Shown here piece by piece: positions 29,577-39,532 of a stretch of 64,000 bases of DNA (the first letter of the stretch is position 1; each line of letters begins with the position of its first letter). Under the pieces are notes generated by a model, which saw only the letters and a list, made by a program, of their open reading frames with translations, was not told the origin of the DNA and did not search any database. A program made the position numbers and the translations under genes. The stretch comes from an uncultured Gammaproteobacteria bacterium (GTDB lineage: Bacteria; Patescibacteriota; Microgenomatia; UBA8517), in contig OZ246419.1 of assembly GCA_965231135.1 (NCBI GenBank), positions 513,488 through 577,487 on the forward strand, given 5' to 3'.

Positions 29577-29843
29577 AGTATCTGATTTCTTTTTGTTTTC
29601 TTCACCTGGTTTAATTCCTTGTTCGTGAGCGACATCGTCTTTGGTTATTTCATCTCCAATAGGAGTTTGTTCATCGTCGTCACCAAAAGCCTCTTCATGC
29701 AACTTTTCTTCGTTTGTTACACCTTCTATATCATTATCTGCTTCTTCATCTGGTGTTAAATTTTCTTTTGGGTCTGCAAGTTCGCTTGGGTCATGGGTAA
29801 TTCGAGTTAAATCGTCGCTTTGATAATCATCATTTTGTGCCAT
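29568..29843 (-). CDS. Acidic hypothetical protein
   Basis: D/E-rich ORF from MAQNDD. Confidence 0.6.
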   Translation of the reverse strand: MAQNDDYQSDDLTRITHDPSELADPKENLTPDEEADNDIEGVTNEEKLHEEAFGDDDEQTPIGDEITKDDVAHEQGIKPGEENKKKSDTSL

Positions 29844-29864
29844 GAATAGAGTATAATTTGTGCA

Positions 29865-30902
29865 ATGAATAAATACAAGGTCATCAATTCTCTTTATAAA
29901 ACTTTTTTTAAGCCAGCAGCTTTTTTGATGGATGCAGAAACTGTCCATGACCAGATGACAAGAACAGGGGAATTTTTGGAAAATTATCCAAAACTAGTCG
30001 AATATTTTTTTAGTTACAAAAACAAGAATTTAGAGAAAGAAATATTGGGAATAAAATTTGATAATCCAATTGGGCTTTCGGCCGGTTTTGATTATGATGG
30101 ACATTTGGCACAAATTATGAAAAATGTTGGGTTTGGGTTTAATACTGTTGGTACTGTAACTTATGACTCTTATCAGGGAAATAAAAAACCAAGACTAGCA
30201 AGGCTGCCAAAGTCAAAGTCGCTTTTAGTTAATAAAGGTTTTAAATCAGAAGGAGCAAAAGCTATTGCCAAAAGATTGAATAAGAAAAAACTTGAGGGAC
30301 ATGTTATTGGAATTAGTATTGGAGACCGGCAGGGAAATATTAAAAATATAATTAAAGTCTTTGAAATATTTAAAGACAAAAATTATGCAAAATATTTTGA
30401 ATTAAATATTAGCTGCCCAAATATTCCAGCAACTGATGCTTTTAGCAGCAACCCTGAAAGGTTTGAAAATTTGGTTAAGAAAATAAAAAGTTTGAAAGTT
30501 AATCAGCCAATATTTTTAAAAATGCCAAATGAAATTGATATTAAAAAATCGGACAAATTAGTTTTTATTGCCAAAAAATATGGAATACAGGGATTCATAT
30601 TTTCTAATTTGGTAAAAGACCGCAATAATCCAGCTTTTGATAAAAAAGAGATAAAACGCTTTGAAAATAAAAAGGGGAATTTTAGTGGCAAACCAACGTT
30701 TGAAAATTCAAATAAATTAATAAAACATACAAGAAAAAAATTTGGCAACAAAATAATTATTATTGGAACTGGAGGGATTTTTGATGCGCACGATGCCAAA
30801 ATGAAATTAAACGCAGGAGCTGATTTAGTGCAATTAATTACTGGAATGATTTATGAAGGACCACAGATTGCTGGAAGTATTAATAGTGAATTGTCTTCTT
30901 GA
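29865..30902 (+). CDS. pyrD: Dihydroorotate dehydrogenase
   Basis: NPIGLSAGFD, ELNISCPN, FSGKP, GTGGI, LVQLITG. Confidence 0.9.
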   Translation: MNKYKVINSLYKTFFKPAAFLMDAETVHDQMTRTGEFLENYPKLVEYFFSYKNKNLEKEILGIKFDNPIGLSAGFDYDGHLAQIMKNVGFGFNTVGTVTYDSYQGNKKPRLARLPKSKSLLVNKGFKSEGAKAIAKRLNKKKLEGHVIGISIGDRQGNIKNIIKVFEIFKDKNYAKYFELNISCPNIPATDAFSSNPERFENLVKKIKSLKVNQPIFLKMPNEIDIKKSDKLVFIAKKYGIQGFIFSNLVKDRNNPAFDKKEIKRFENKKGNFSGKPTFENSNKLIKHTRKKFGNKIIIIGTGGIFDAHDAKMKLNAGADLVQLITGMIYEGPQIAGSINSELSS

Positions 30903-30972
30903 GCGGGTAGGGAGAATCGAACTCCCACAGACAGATTGGAAATCTGTCGTTCTACCATTAAACCATACCCGC
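30902..30972 (-). tRNA. tRNA-Gly(TCC)
   Basis: Cloverleaf; ACAGA-TTTCCAA-TCTGT. Confidence 0.95.
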
Positions 30973-31173
30973 TAATATTACGAATAAAGTTTAATGTGCA
31001 AGCTGTGCTTACCATTAAACCATACCCGCACGTTGTAACACGAAGCGCTATTTCATCCCGATTGTATCGGGATTTGTCGCTAATCGGTTACTCCTTCTCG
31101 AATTGCAAGCAATTCGCAAAAGATAACACAATTATAGCAGATTGAATGTAAAATGGGGTATAATAGGATCTCA

Positions 31174-31249
31174 CGGGGTGTGGCTCAGTTGGTAGAGCGC
31201 CGCGTTTGGGACGCGGAGGCCATCGGTTCGAACCCGGTCACCCCGACCA
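31174..31249 (+). tRNA. tRNA-Pro(TGG), CCA encoded
   Basis: CCGCG-TTTGGGA-CGCGG anticodon arm. Confidence 0.95.
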
Positions 31250-31284
31250 AGAAATTTTAACTTTTGCAAGAGTAATACGTTTTT

Positions 31285-33465
31285 ATGACAAAAAAACCAA
31301 CTTTAGTGTTTTTATCGACCTACCCACCAAGGAAGTGCGGGATAGCTACATTTACTCAGGACCTTGTGCATTCTATTGAAAAACTTACAGGTCCTACCGT
31401 CGAATGCAAAATTGCTGCTTTAAATCTTTCAGAATCAGATGCATATGAATATCCAAAGGAAGTTTACTGGCAACTTATTCAAACTCAAAAGGAAGATTTT
31501 AGTGAATTTGCAGAAACAATAAACAATGATGATTCGGTTAGCGCAGTAGTTATTCAACACGAATATGGAATTTACGGCGGAGAATTTGGAGATAATCTTC
31601 TAGCTTTTACCTCTAAATGCAAAAAGCCAATTTCAATTACATTTCATACTGTAATTCCTGACCCTCCTTATAAAATGCAGAACGTAACAAGCGAATTAAT
31701 AGATCATGCAACTAGAATTGTAGTTTTAACTGAAACTTCAAGGCAAATTATTGAATCGATTTACCAAAATGCGATTGGAAAAGTTGTTATTATTCCTCAC
31801 GGAATTCATCCTGTAAGTTTTTCAGCTCCAGGGCATTTTAAAAATAAGTTAATGTATACAAACAAAACTTTACTTACAACCTTTGGATTACTTAGCAGAA
31901 GTAAAGGAATTGAATATGTGATTAAAGCTATGCCGAAAGTAGTTAAACAATTTCCTGATGTAGTTTATCTTATTTTAGGTGAAACACATCCAGTTGTTAG
32001 ACTTCAGGAAGGAGAAAGTTATAGAAACGAACTTTATGAACTCGTGGATAAACTTCATTTAAAAAAACACGTAAAGTTTTATGACAAATATTTTTCTGTC
32101 GATGATTTGTTAACTTTTCTTAAAGCGACTGATATTTACATTTCGACTTCATTAGCTCCAAACCAAGCTGTAAGTGGTACTTTTTCATATGCACTCGGGA
32201 CAGGAAGGGCAGTTGTTAGCACTGATTTTGCTCAGGCTAAAGAATATTTACACAAAGATCTGGGAGAAATTGTTCCAATGAAAAATCCACAAGCTTATGC
32301 TGATGCAATAATTAAACTTCTTTCCCAAAAAAAGAAACTTTACACAATTCATCGAAGGGCTTATAACGCCACTCGTAATATGGTTTGGAGCAATGTTGCC
32401 CTTGAATATTTAAAAAATTTAGATGTCAGTATTATTCCGGAAATTAATTTAAAACATTTGATTGATATGACAGATGATTTTGGAATGTTTCAGTTTGCAA
32501 AAGGAAAAGAAGCGGACAGCGAGTTTGGATATACGCTTGATGATAATGCAAGAGCTGCTGTTGCCTGCAGTTTATTAATCAAAAAAGGACAAAAAAGAAT
32601 TGTTACCAAAGAATTAGCAAAATATATTAAATTTATTGAGCACTGTATAGAAGGCGATAAACTTTTAAATTATATTGATTATCCAGAACATATGGCGACA
32701 GAACAAAATAATCTGGAGGATTTGCAAGATACTTATGCAAGGACTTTGTGGGCCCTTAGCGAAGTAATTACTAACGAAAAAATTCCAGCAAACATCAGGC
32801 GCGATGCAAATAAAATTTGGAAAAAAATAAGCTTAAAGGCAATTGATGTGACACATTTAAGGAGCCGGGCGTTTACGATAAAAGCATTATGTAATATTGT
32901 AAACGGAAATAAAAATCATCCGTTTACAGAAATTATTAAAAAACATGCAGAACACATGGTCAATGCTTTTTATGATAAAACAAGCGAACATTGGCATTGG
33001 TTTGAGCACGAATTGACATATTCTAATGCAATAATTCCTGAAAGTTTATTGCTTGCCGGATGTTTGCTTGATAATCGAGAGTTTCTGGAAGTGGGCGAGA
33101 AAGCGCTTGGGTTTTTGATTAAGCATACTTTTATAAATGATCTGTATTTTCCAATTGGGCAAAACGGATGGTTTAAAAAAAGAAAGGCTAGAGCCCATTT
33201 TGACCAGCAGCCAGAAGACCCCGCCAGCATGGTGCTTGCCCTTACAACAGCTTGGAGATGTTTAAAAGACCCTAAATATTCACATCTTGCCTTTCAATGT
33301 TTCAGTTGGTTTTTGGGAAATAATATGCTCGGGTATAGCATGTATGACTACACCGATGGCAGCTCGTTTGATGCCATTACTCCTTCAGGAGTTAATCATA
33401 ATCAGGGAGCAGAATCACTTTTGTCTTATTTGCTTGCAAGATTAAAAATTGAAGAAATTGTGTAG
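31285..33465 (+). CDS. GT4 glycosyltransferase fused to an (alpha/alpha)6 hydrolase-like domain
   Basis: STYPPRKCGIATF, QHEYG, GETHP; C-terminal GYTLDDNARA, FDQQP, NQGAES. Confidence 0.85.
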   Translation: MTKKPTLVFLSTYPPRKCGIATFTQDLVHSIEKLTGPTVECKIAALNLSESDAYEYPKEVYWQLIQTQKEDFSEFAETINNDDSVSAVVIQHEYGIYGGEFGDNLLAFTSKCKKPISITFHTVIPDPPYKMQNVTSELIDHATRIVVLTETSRQIIESIYQNAIGKVVIIPHGIHPVSFSAPGHFKNKLMYTNKTLLTTFGLLSRSKGIEYVIKAMPKVVKQFPDVVYLILGETHPVVRLQEGESYRNELYELVDKLHLKKHVKFYDKYFSVDDLLTFLKATDIYISTSLAPNQAVSGTFSYALGTGRAVVSTDFAQAKEYLHKDLGEIVPMKNPQAYADAIIKLLSQKKKLYTIHRRAYNATRNMVWSNVALEYLKNLDVSIIPEINLKHLIDMTDDFGMFQFAKGKEADSEFGYTLDDNARAAVACSLLIKKGQKRIVTKELAKYIKFIEHCIEGDKLLNYIDYPEHMATEQNNLEDLQDTYARTLWALSEVITNEKIPANIRRDANKIWKKISLKAIDVTHLRSRAFTIKALCNIVNGNKNHPFTEIIKKHAEHMVNAFYDKTSEHWHWFEHELTYSNAIIPESLLLAGCLLDNREFLEVGEKALGFLIKHTFINDLYFPIGQNGWFKKRKARAHFDQQPEDPASMVLALTTAWRCLKDPKYSHLAFQCFSWFLGNNMLGYSMYDYTDGSSFDAITPSGVNHNQGAESLLSYLLARLKIEEIV

Positions 33466-34557
33466 TGCGGAAGACGATTCTTATTTTGAACCATTTCTTC
33501 CTCTTCTTTCGCATTTTACCAGGCTAATGGAAACCTATCAATCTATGGACAATTGATTATTATGTACACCATTGATACAATTAGACACATTAATATGTCA
33601 GATAGATCTAAAGAACAAGCTGAAAGTGTTTGGAGGATATTAGGTTCTGATCCTCGATGGGCCAATAATGACTGGTTAACTCCTATTGGACAAGAAGCAG
33701 AAGCTATATTTGCAGGCGTAGATCCAAAAACAAAAATAGAAGTAGCATGTGCTGTGCATAAAAATCTTGATACAGGTGCGACTGACATTCCATGGACTAC
33801 TGTATTTCCCTCTGATGATATCGATGATGTTTGTCAACGGTTATTACTAACCCTTAAAACGCCAGATTATCAAACTCCGGCATATGATCCAGAAATGAGT
33901 GAACTTACTGCTCAAATCCATGACCTTCTAAGAAAGCATAATGCTATTGAAGGTTTTGGCACTAGACAGCAAGCTTCATACCATCTTGTTCAAGTTGCTG
34001 CGGGGAAACCTGAAGAATTATTTAGGACCTTCACTGATTATTCTCGAAGATATCCTCAGTACGTTGAAAATTGGGTTGAAGACCTAACAAAGTTTTATGG
34101 CCTCCAAGCAGTTGATAAAGCCGAAAAGGATCATCCAGAATTATTTCTATTACTTGCGCAAACCCGATACGAATCCTTTTTATCGTACCATCCATCTCAA
34201 GAACAAATTGATTTTAATAAATACATAGTCGATCAACTAGCAAAGTTGTCCGAAGGTGATTTTGAAAAACTGCTTGAGGAGAACGAAGCCCGTTTAGATC
34301 CATATGCAAAAGCCTCTTATGCACTTCGAGGTTTAACGTATGACAGACATTTTCAAAGGCAAATGAGAAGTGGCGGATCCTGTAAGCTCCAGTAACTTTC
34401 ACTCGATTTTTTGTAAACAAGGTGGTTCAAGTCTTGTCTTTTCGTTACAAATTTTAAGGCTAGGTTATAAAGAGGGGTTTGAGCTAAACAAAATAAAATT
34501 TAGCTCGATATATCAAGCTATTATTGACTTTAGGGAACCTAGCGTCTCCTCTAGTGC
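33463..34557. mobile_element. Degenerate serine-recombinase mini-island at tRNA-Leu(TAA) 3' end
   Basis: TAGTGC direct repeat at 33463-33468 and 34552-34557; recombinase-like C-terminal relic at right end and in-frame alternative tail at left end. Confidence 0.6.
33595..34395 (+). CDS. Hypothetical cargo protein
   Basis: ORF inside the mini-island; start uncertain. Confidence 0.65.
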   Translation: MSDRSKEQAESVWRILGSDPRWANNDWLTPIGQEAEAIFAGVDPKTKIEVACAVHKNLDTGATDIPWTTVFPSDDIDDVCQRLLLTLKTPDYQTPAYDPEMSELTAQIHDLLRKHNAIEGFGTRQQASYHLVQVAAGKPEELFRTFTDYSRRYPQYVENWVEDLTKFYGLQAVDKAEKDHPELFLLLAQTRYESFLSYHPSQEQIDFNKYIVDQLAKLSEGDFEKLLEENEARLDPYAKASYALRGLTYDRHFQRQMRSGGSCKLQ

Positions 34558-34606
34558 CGAGAGAGGGACTCGAACCCTCACGAATTATGCATTCGCGGGC
34601 TCTTAA
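34370..34606 (+). pseudogene. C-terminal relic of a serine recombinase reading antisense into tRNA-Leu
   Basis: GFELNKIKFSSIYQAIIDF...SSAERGTRT parallels GFRTEYLSQSFEII...WVAEQSRT of 21661-23211. Confidence 0.5.
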
Positions 34607-34638
34607 GGCCCGTGTGTCTGCCATTCCACCACCTCGGC
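34555..34638 (-). tRNA. tRNA-Leu(TAA)
   Basis: CGGGC-CTTAAGA-GCCCG; long variable arm. Confidence 0.95.
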
Positions 34639-34677
34639 GAATAGCTATATTTTAACATTCTGATAAAATAACGCAAA

Positions 34678-35139
34678 ATGCCAGTAGTATCTGAAAGAAT
34701 CGTGCAAGTTGAACGAGTGATAAATGATCTTCGTGTCACACAGAGAACTTTTGGTATGGTTCGTCGTGAACTCAATCTTGAATTGCCTGATAAACCAGAA
34801 ATGGATGAGGAAAGTAAAATTAGATATGAAGAATTTTTATACCGAGTAAGGGGATATTTAAAGATTATAAATAATGAGGATTTGCCATTATACATAGAAA
34901 GAGGTTATGTACTTTCTGTTGATTTGCCCGAGAAAATATGTATGTCAAAACCAGCAACCTATAAACACTTAGGTTTATTGTATCCTGACTGGAAAGATAA
35001 ATTTCTGAAAGTAATAATTCAAGATTCTCATCGCACTTACTTAATACCTCCATATGTTGTTCAAACATTAATAAGATATGAATCGTCAAATCTTGATCAA
35101 AGACGTACAATGATTACATTACTTCGTAATAGCTTTTAA
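34678..35139 (+). CDS. Hypothetical protein
   Basis: 153-aa ORF. Confidence 0.6.
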   Translation: MPVVSERIVQVERVINDLRVTQRTFGMVRRELNLELPDKPEMDEESKIRYEEFLYRVRGYLKIINNEDLPLYIERGYVLSVDLPEKICMSKPATYKHLGLLYPDWKDKFLKVIIQDSHRTYLIPPYVVQTLIRYESSNLDQRRTMITLLRNSF

Positions 35140-36795
35140 AAATCCAATGAAGACTGGGTGGGGAGTGAGAGGACGGCTAATATATTCAGGATGATATTGG
35201 GTACCGACAAAAAAGGGGTGGTCTTTTAATTCGATTGCCTCTACCAATTTCCCGTCTGGAGAAGTGCCAGAAATTATAAAGCCAGCTTTTTCAAAATCAG
35301 TTTTATATTCATTATTAAATTCATATCTGTGGCGATGTCTTTCATAAATAACCCTTTTTGCTTTTTTACCTTCCCGGTCAAACGTCCATGGCGAAATTGG
35401 ATTGTCGTCATAGTTTTTATATAGTTTTGAAAGTATTGTTTTTTCCTTTAAAACACATGGCCATGCCCCAAGGCGAATAGTGCCACCATATTGGTGTTTG
35501 TCTAAATATGCCTGTTGATCTTTCATTACGTGAATTACCGGGTGCAATGTTTTTGGATTTGCCTCTGTTGTGTTCGCATCGTTATATTTAAGAACGTTTC
35601 TTGCAAATTCTATCGTTGCCATTTGCATACCAAAGCATAGTCCTAAGTAAGGAATTTTATTTTCCCTTGCAAACTTTGCAGCATCAATTTTCCCTTGCGT
35701 CCCACGGCTTCCCCAGCCTTGGGGAACGATGATTCCTTCAAAATCTTTTAAAATTTTGTCACCCTTCTTTTCTATTTCTTCACTATCTATCCAGGTTAGT
35801 TCCGGTGTAACTCCGAGAAACCATGAAGCGTGGCGAATTGATTCAACTACTGAAACATATGAATCTACTAATTTATAATCACCTGTAGCAAAATATTTAC
35901 CCACAACCGCAATTTTTACTTTTTTGGGCCAGACTTTAAGTGCTCTTTTTGTCATTGTCTGCCAATTCTTTAAATCTTTATGTTTTTTGTTTTTAAGCCC
36001 CAGTAAAGTAATGCAAGTCGATGCTAAATGGTGATTTTGTTGATGAAAAAGAAGAGGGACTTGGTAAATTGTATTCAGATTTGGCGAAGAAAAAATCTGA
36101 GTGGGCTCAATGTTACAAAACAATGCCAGGCGGTCGAGGCGGCGCTGGTCAATTTTGTTTTCGCTTCTTGCAATTATTATATCTGGCTGAATTCCCATAC
36201 CGTTTAAAATGTGGACTGACGTTTGCGCTGGCTTACTTTTTAGCTCACCGATATTTGCTAAATAAGGAATGTAGGTAACATGAACATGGATAACATCATG
36301 TGGATTTTTTAATTTCAAAATACGCGAAGCTTCATAGAAAATTCCGTTTTGGTATTCGCCGACTGTCCCGCCTAATTCAATTAACGTAATGTCTGCTTTA
36401 TGATTTTCGCCAGCTAATTTAATACGCCTTATTATTTCATCGGTTACATGAGGGATTGCCTCGACATCCTCACCGTCATAACCAAAGGCACGCTCGCGTT
36501 CTATGACTTCTTTGTAAATTTGACCAGTTGTGATGTAATTGCTGCGATTTAAATTTTCATGAAGAAATCTTTCGTAATGGCCCAAATCTTCATCTGTTTC
36601 TATTCCATCATGGGTTACAAAAACTTCGCCGTGCTCTTGTGGGCGAATTGTCCCAGCGTCCACATTTAAATACATATCTATTTTTACAGGTGTTACTTTG
36701 AAGCCGCGAGATTTCAGAAGAAAACTTAAAGAGGCTGCGACAATGCCTTTTCCAAGGCCTGACACCACGCCACCACTGACGAAGATATATTTCAC
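35119..36795 (-). CDS. pyrG: CTP synthase
   Basis: GGVVSGLGKG, HGEVFV, GLCFGMQ, RHRHRYE, QYHPE. Confidence 0.98.
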   Translation of the reverse strand: MKYIFVSGGVVSGLGKGIVAASLSFLLKSRGFKVTPVKIDMYLNVDAGTIRPQEHGEVFVTHDGIETDEDLGHYERFLHENLNRSNYITTGQIYKEVIERERAFGYDGEDVEAIPHVTDEIIRRIKLAGENHKADITLIELGGTVGEYQNGIFYEASRILKLKNPHDVIHVHVTYIPYLANIGELKSKPAQTSVHILNGMGIQPDIIIARSENKIDQRRLDRLALFCNIEPTQIFSSPNLNTIYQVPLLFHQQNHHLASTCITLLGLKNKKHKDLKNWQTMTKRALKVWPKKVKIAVVGKYFATGDYKLVDSYVSVVESIRHASWFLGVTPELTWIDSEEIEKKGDKILKDFEGIIVPQGWGSRGTQGKIDAAKFARENKIPYLGLCFGMQMATIEFARNVLKYNDANTTEANPKTLHPVIHVMKDQQAYLDKHQYGGTIRLGAWPCVLKEKTILSKLYKNYDDNPISPWTFDREGKKAKRVIYERHRHRYEFNNEYKTDFEKAGFIISGTSPDGKLVEAIELKDHPFFVGTQYHPEYISRPLTPHPVFIGFLKAITK

Positions 36796-36844
36796 TTACA
36801 TAATTAAAATATTACTAAAGGATGAGGTATGTCAAGAAGGGGAA

Positions 36845-37072
36845 TCAGCGAGTAAGGGCTCTAGAAACACGGACAAGAACTGAATCTTTATAAGCAGTAC
36901 AAGATAAAAGTCTTTTAAGTTTTTGTTCACGTCTTTGTTGTTTTGCATGCCTTACAGTTGTATTTTCAATCAAATAAGATAGATGTTCTATTTCTAAAAG
37001 AACACGCTCTCTTTTTTTTGTAAATTTATCTGTTAATAAACCAAATTCGTCTATTTCTTTTCCAAATTCCAT
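36845..37072 (-). CDS. Hypothetical protein
   Basis: 75-aa ORF. Confidence 0.45.
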   Translation of the reverse strand: MEFGKEIDEFGLLTDKFTKKRERVLLEIEHLSYLIENTTVRHAKQQRREQKLKRLLSCTAYKDSVLVRVSRALTR

Positions 37073-37082
37073 TGTTGATATT

Positions 37083-37523
37083 TTAATCTAGAAGAAAGTT
37101 ATTTTCAAATCTTTGAAATCCACATTTCTCAAGTACACGCCAGCTTGCAGGGTTCGTTACCCCTGAAGCTGTGATTTGTGTAACTTTAAATTTGTCTTTA
37201 GCTGTTTTTATAATTTGATGAACAGCTTCTGTAGCAATTCCTTTATTCCATAATTCTTTAGCCCCTATCACATAACTAATTTCGACAGAGTGGTGGTCGT
37301 TATCAAAATCTCTTAAACCAACATGACCAATATTCCTTCCTTTGTGGAAGATTGAACAATAATAAAATGAATTATTTTGTAAACTATCAAGCCACAGACT
37401 AATTTCTGCTTCGGTTCTTGGAGTTGTTGAGTAAAGATATTTTCTAACTTCTTCATCATTAAACCACAGTAGATAATCAGGTAGCGCCTTTTGAGTAATT
37501 GGTTCAATTTTTATCTCTACCAT
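37083..37523 (-). CDS. GNAT (RimJ/RimL) acetyltransferase
   Basis: WNKGIATEA and NPASWRVLEKCGF; start moved out of the tRNA. Confidence 0.85.
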   Translation of the reverse strand: MVEIKIEPITQKALPDYLLWFNDEEVRKYLYSTTPRTEAEISLWLDSLQNNSFYYCSIFHKGRNIGHVGLRDFDNDHHSVEISYVIGAKELWNKGIATEAVHQIIKTAKDKFKVTQITASGVTNPASWRVLEKCGFQRFENNFLLD

Positions 37524-37524
37524 G

Positions 37525-37596
37525 TGCACCTGGGGGGAATCGAACCCTCATCACTTGTTCCGAAGACAAGTACTCTATCCGTTGAGCTACAGGTGC
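37525..37596 (-). tRNA. tRNA-Arg(TCG)
   Basis: CTTGT-CTTCGGA-ACAAG. Confidence 0.9.
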
Positions 37597-37633
37597 TTAG
37601 GCATAATTATATCAAATTCTGTATAATTCACGT

Positions 37634-38725
37634 ATGGGAATGGCTAAAGAAGATGTAGTCAAAATGCAGATCAAGCGAGTTGAAAAAGAACTTCGCGATT
37701 TGCCACATCACAAAGGAACTGATCATCATATTGGCCGGCTTCGGGCAAAGCTTGCGATTTTGGAGGAAAAATTGGAATCTCCAAGCGGAGCAAAAGGCGG
37801 AGGCGGGGGAGGATATGCTGTAAAAAAACAAGGAGATGCAACTGTTGTACTTGTTGGGCCGCCGTCTGCTGGAAAATCCACGCTTCTTAATTTACTCACA
37901 AATGCTGAAAGCAAAGTTGCAGCTTATGCCTTTACAACTTTAACTGTCATCCCTGGAATGATGGATTATAAAAATGCAAAAATACAAATTCTTGATGTCC
38001 CAGGATTAATTGAAGGAGCACAGGAAGGAAAAGGAAGAGGGAAAGAAGTTTTGGCAGTAGCGAGAAACTGCGATTTAATTGTTTTCATGACTGACCCAGA
38101 TAGATTAGATTTTTTCAAAAAACTTGTGAAAGAATTAGAGCAAGCGGGAATAAGGATAAACAAAATCAAACCACAAATAAAAATTGAAAAGAAAACTAAT
38201 GGCGGGCTTTATGTACATACAAATCTAAAACAGGATTTGGATAAAGAAACTGTTAAAGAAGTTGCGACGGAATTTGGAATCAAAAATGGAGAAATAACAG
38301 TTAACGAAAAATTAACAATGGAACGCTTGATTGATGCATTTTCTAAAAATAGAGTTTATATTCCAGCAATTTATGTAGTTAATAAAAGTGATACTTTGGA
38401 TAAAAAAGAAAATGAAAAAATAGATACAAGAATACTTAGAATTTCTGCTGATAAAAATACCGGAATTGAAGAAATGAGACAAAAAGTCTGGGAAAAATTA
38501 AACTTTATAAATGTTTTTTTATTTAACAAAGCAAATGAAGAATTTGACGAAATAAAAATAGTAAAAAATGGAATAACTTTACAGGAGCTTGGGGAAAGTA
38601 TTGGGGATAAATTTTTAGAAGGAAAGACTGCTGCAAAGATTTATGGAAAAGCTGCAAAATTTGAAGGACAGGAAGTAAGTCTGACTATAAAAGTGGTTGA
38701 TGGAATGAAAATAAGATTTATTTAA
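37634..38725 (+). CDS. DRG/Rbg1-family GTPase with TGS-like C-terminus
   Basis: HKGTDHHIGRLRAKLA, GYAVKKQGDA, GPPSAGKST, YAFTT, DVPG..EGA..GKGRG, NKSD. Confidence 0.9.
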   Translation: MGMAKEDVVKMQIKRVEKELRDLPHHKGTDHHIGRLRAKLAILEEKLESPSGAKGGGGGGYAVKKQGDATVVLVGPPSAGKSTLLNLLTNAESKVAAYAFTTLTVIPGMMDYKNAKIQILDVPGLIEGAQEGKGRGKEVLAVARNCDLIVFMTDPDRLDFFKKLVKELEQAGIRINKIKPQIKIEKKTNGGLYVHTNLKQDLDKETVKEVATEFGIKNGEITVNEKLTMERLIDAFSKNRVYIPAIYVVNKSDTLDKKENEKIDTRILRISADKNTGIEEMRQKVWEKLNFINVFLFNKANEEFDEIKIVKNGITLQELGESIGDKFLEGKTAAKIYGKAAKFEGQEVSLTIKVVDGMKIRFI

Positions 38726-39045
38726 GAAGGTGGCCCAAAACCCATTGCAGCTAATAAAATTAAAAGCAGAAGTGCTAATATTGGAATAATTAATAAAACA
38801 AAAGTTAATACAACAATAATAATTTCTTTCCTCTTTAGATTCTTTTTTAGATTATTTTTAATGCCGATGAGAAGGAAAATAAAACCTGCAATAGGGGATG
38901 CAACAAAAATACTACTTAATAATCCATAAAGGGAAAAGTTGAAATTATGAATGTTTTCTTCAAAATTATAAGTAAAAATAGATAAAAAAAATAAAATACT
39001 GAAAAACAGTGAAATGAAAAAATATTTTGATTGGAAATTTTTCAT
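38722..39045 (-). CDS. Hypothetical 3TM membrane protein
   Basis: Hydrophobic ORF from MKNFQS. Confidence 0.6.
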   Translation of the reverse strand: MKNFQSKYFFISLFFSILFFLSIFTYNFEENIHNFNFSLYGLLSSIFVASPIAGFIFLLIGIKNNLKKNLKRKEIIIVVLTFVLLIIPILALLLLILLAAMGFGPPS

Positions 39046-39046
39046 T

Positions 39047-39120
39047 TGGAGCGGGTAGCGGGAATCGAACCCGCGTACTCTGATTGGCAACCAGATGCAC
39101 TACCATTATGCTATACCCGC
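39047..39120 (-). tRNA. tRNA-Gly(GCC), CCA encoded
   Basis: TCTGG-TTGCCAA-TCAGA. Confidence 0.95.
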
Positions 39121-39194
39121 GAGTCTTCGAGCGGGTCACAAGACATTTCTAACCAAATGGCTTATACCCGTAATACTCGCAATAAGTAAAATTG

Positions 39195-39267
39195 TGCCGA
39201 GAGTAGGAGTCGGACCTACATCTGACGCTCTTCAGGCGCCCGCCGTGACCACCTTGGCTATCTCGGC
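39195..39267 (-). tRNA. tRNA-Phe(GAA), T-loop TCCGA variant
   Basis: GGCGC-CTGAAGA-GCGTC; acceptor GCCGAGA/TCTCGGC. Confidence 0.9.
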
Positions 39268-39323
39268 AAATTCTGATTTGACGAGACAAGCTATGCTTAT
39301 CTCGGCATGAAGCAATTTTACCA

Positions 39324-39488
39324 TTAAGGGAGATGAATGAAAAGTTTTGCGAAGATAAATAAAATAATTATTCCAACTACAATTAAAAAGACAAATCCTA
39401 GTTCTGGAGTAGTAAATAACGCATTTTGAATTTTTCGGGCAATTAAATTCAAATAATACATTAAATTGGGTTGATAATTATTCTGCAT
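39324..39488 (-). CDS. Small single-TM protein (not in ORF track)
   Basis: 54 aa with GFVFLIVVGIIILFIF segment. Confidence 0.4.
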   Translation of the reverse strand: MQNNYQPNLMYYLNLIARKIQNALFTTPELGFVFLIVVGIIILFIFAKLFIHLP

Positions 39489-39491
39489 TAG

Positions 39492-39532
39492 TGGGCGGTA
39501 CAGGGCTCGAACCTATGACCTTGAGGATGTAA
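39492..39532 (-). pseudogene. 3' half of split tRNA-Val(TAC)
   Basis: TTACATCCTCAAGGTCATAGGTTCGAGCCCTGTACCGCCCA; acceptor strand pairs with GGGCGGT at 55918-55924. Confidence 0.85.

Noticed and set aside
30936-31145. Short ORFs overlapping tRNAs (also 39095-39310, 55724-56249, 60432-60668)
   Set aside because: Explained by tRNA genes; no protein motifs
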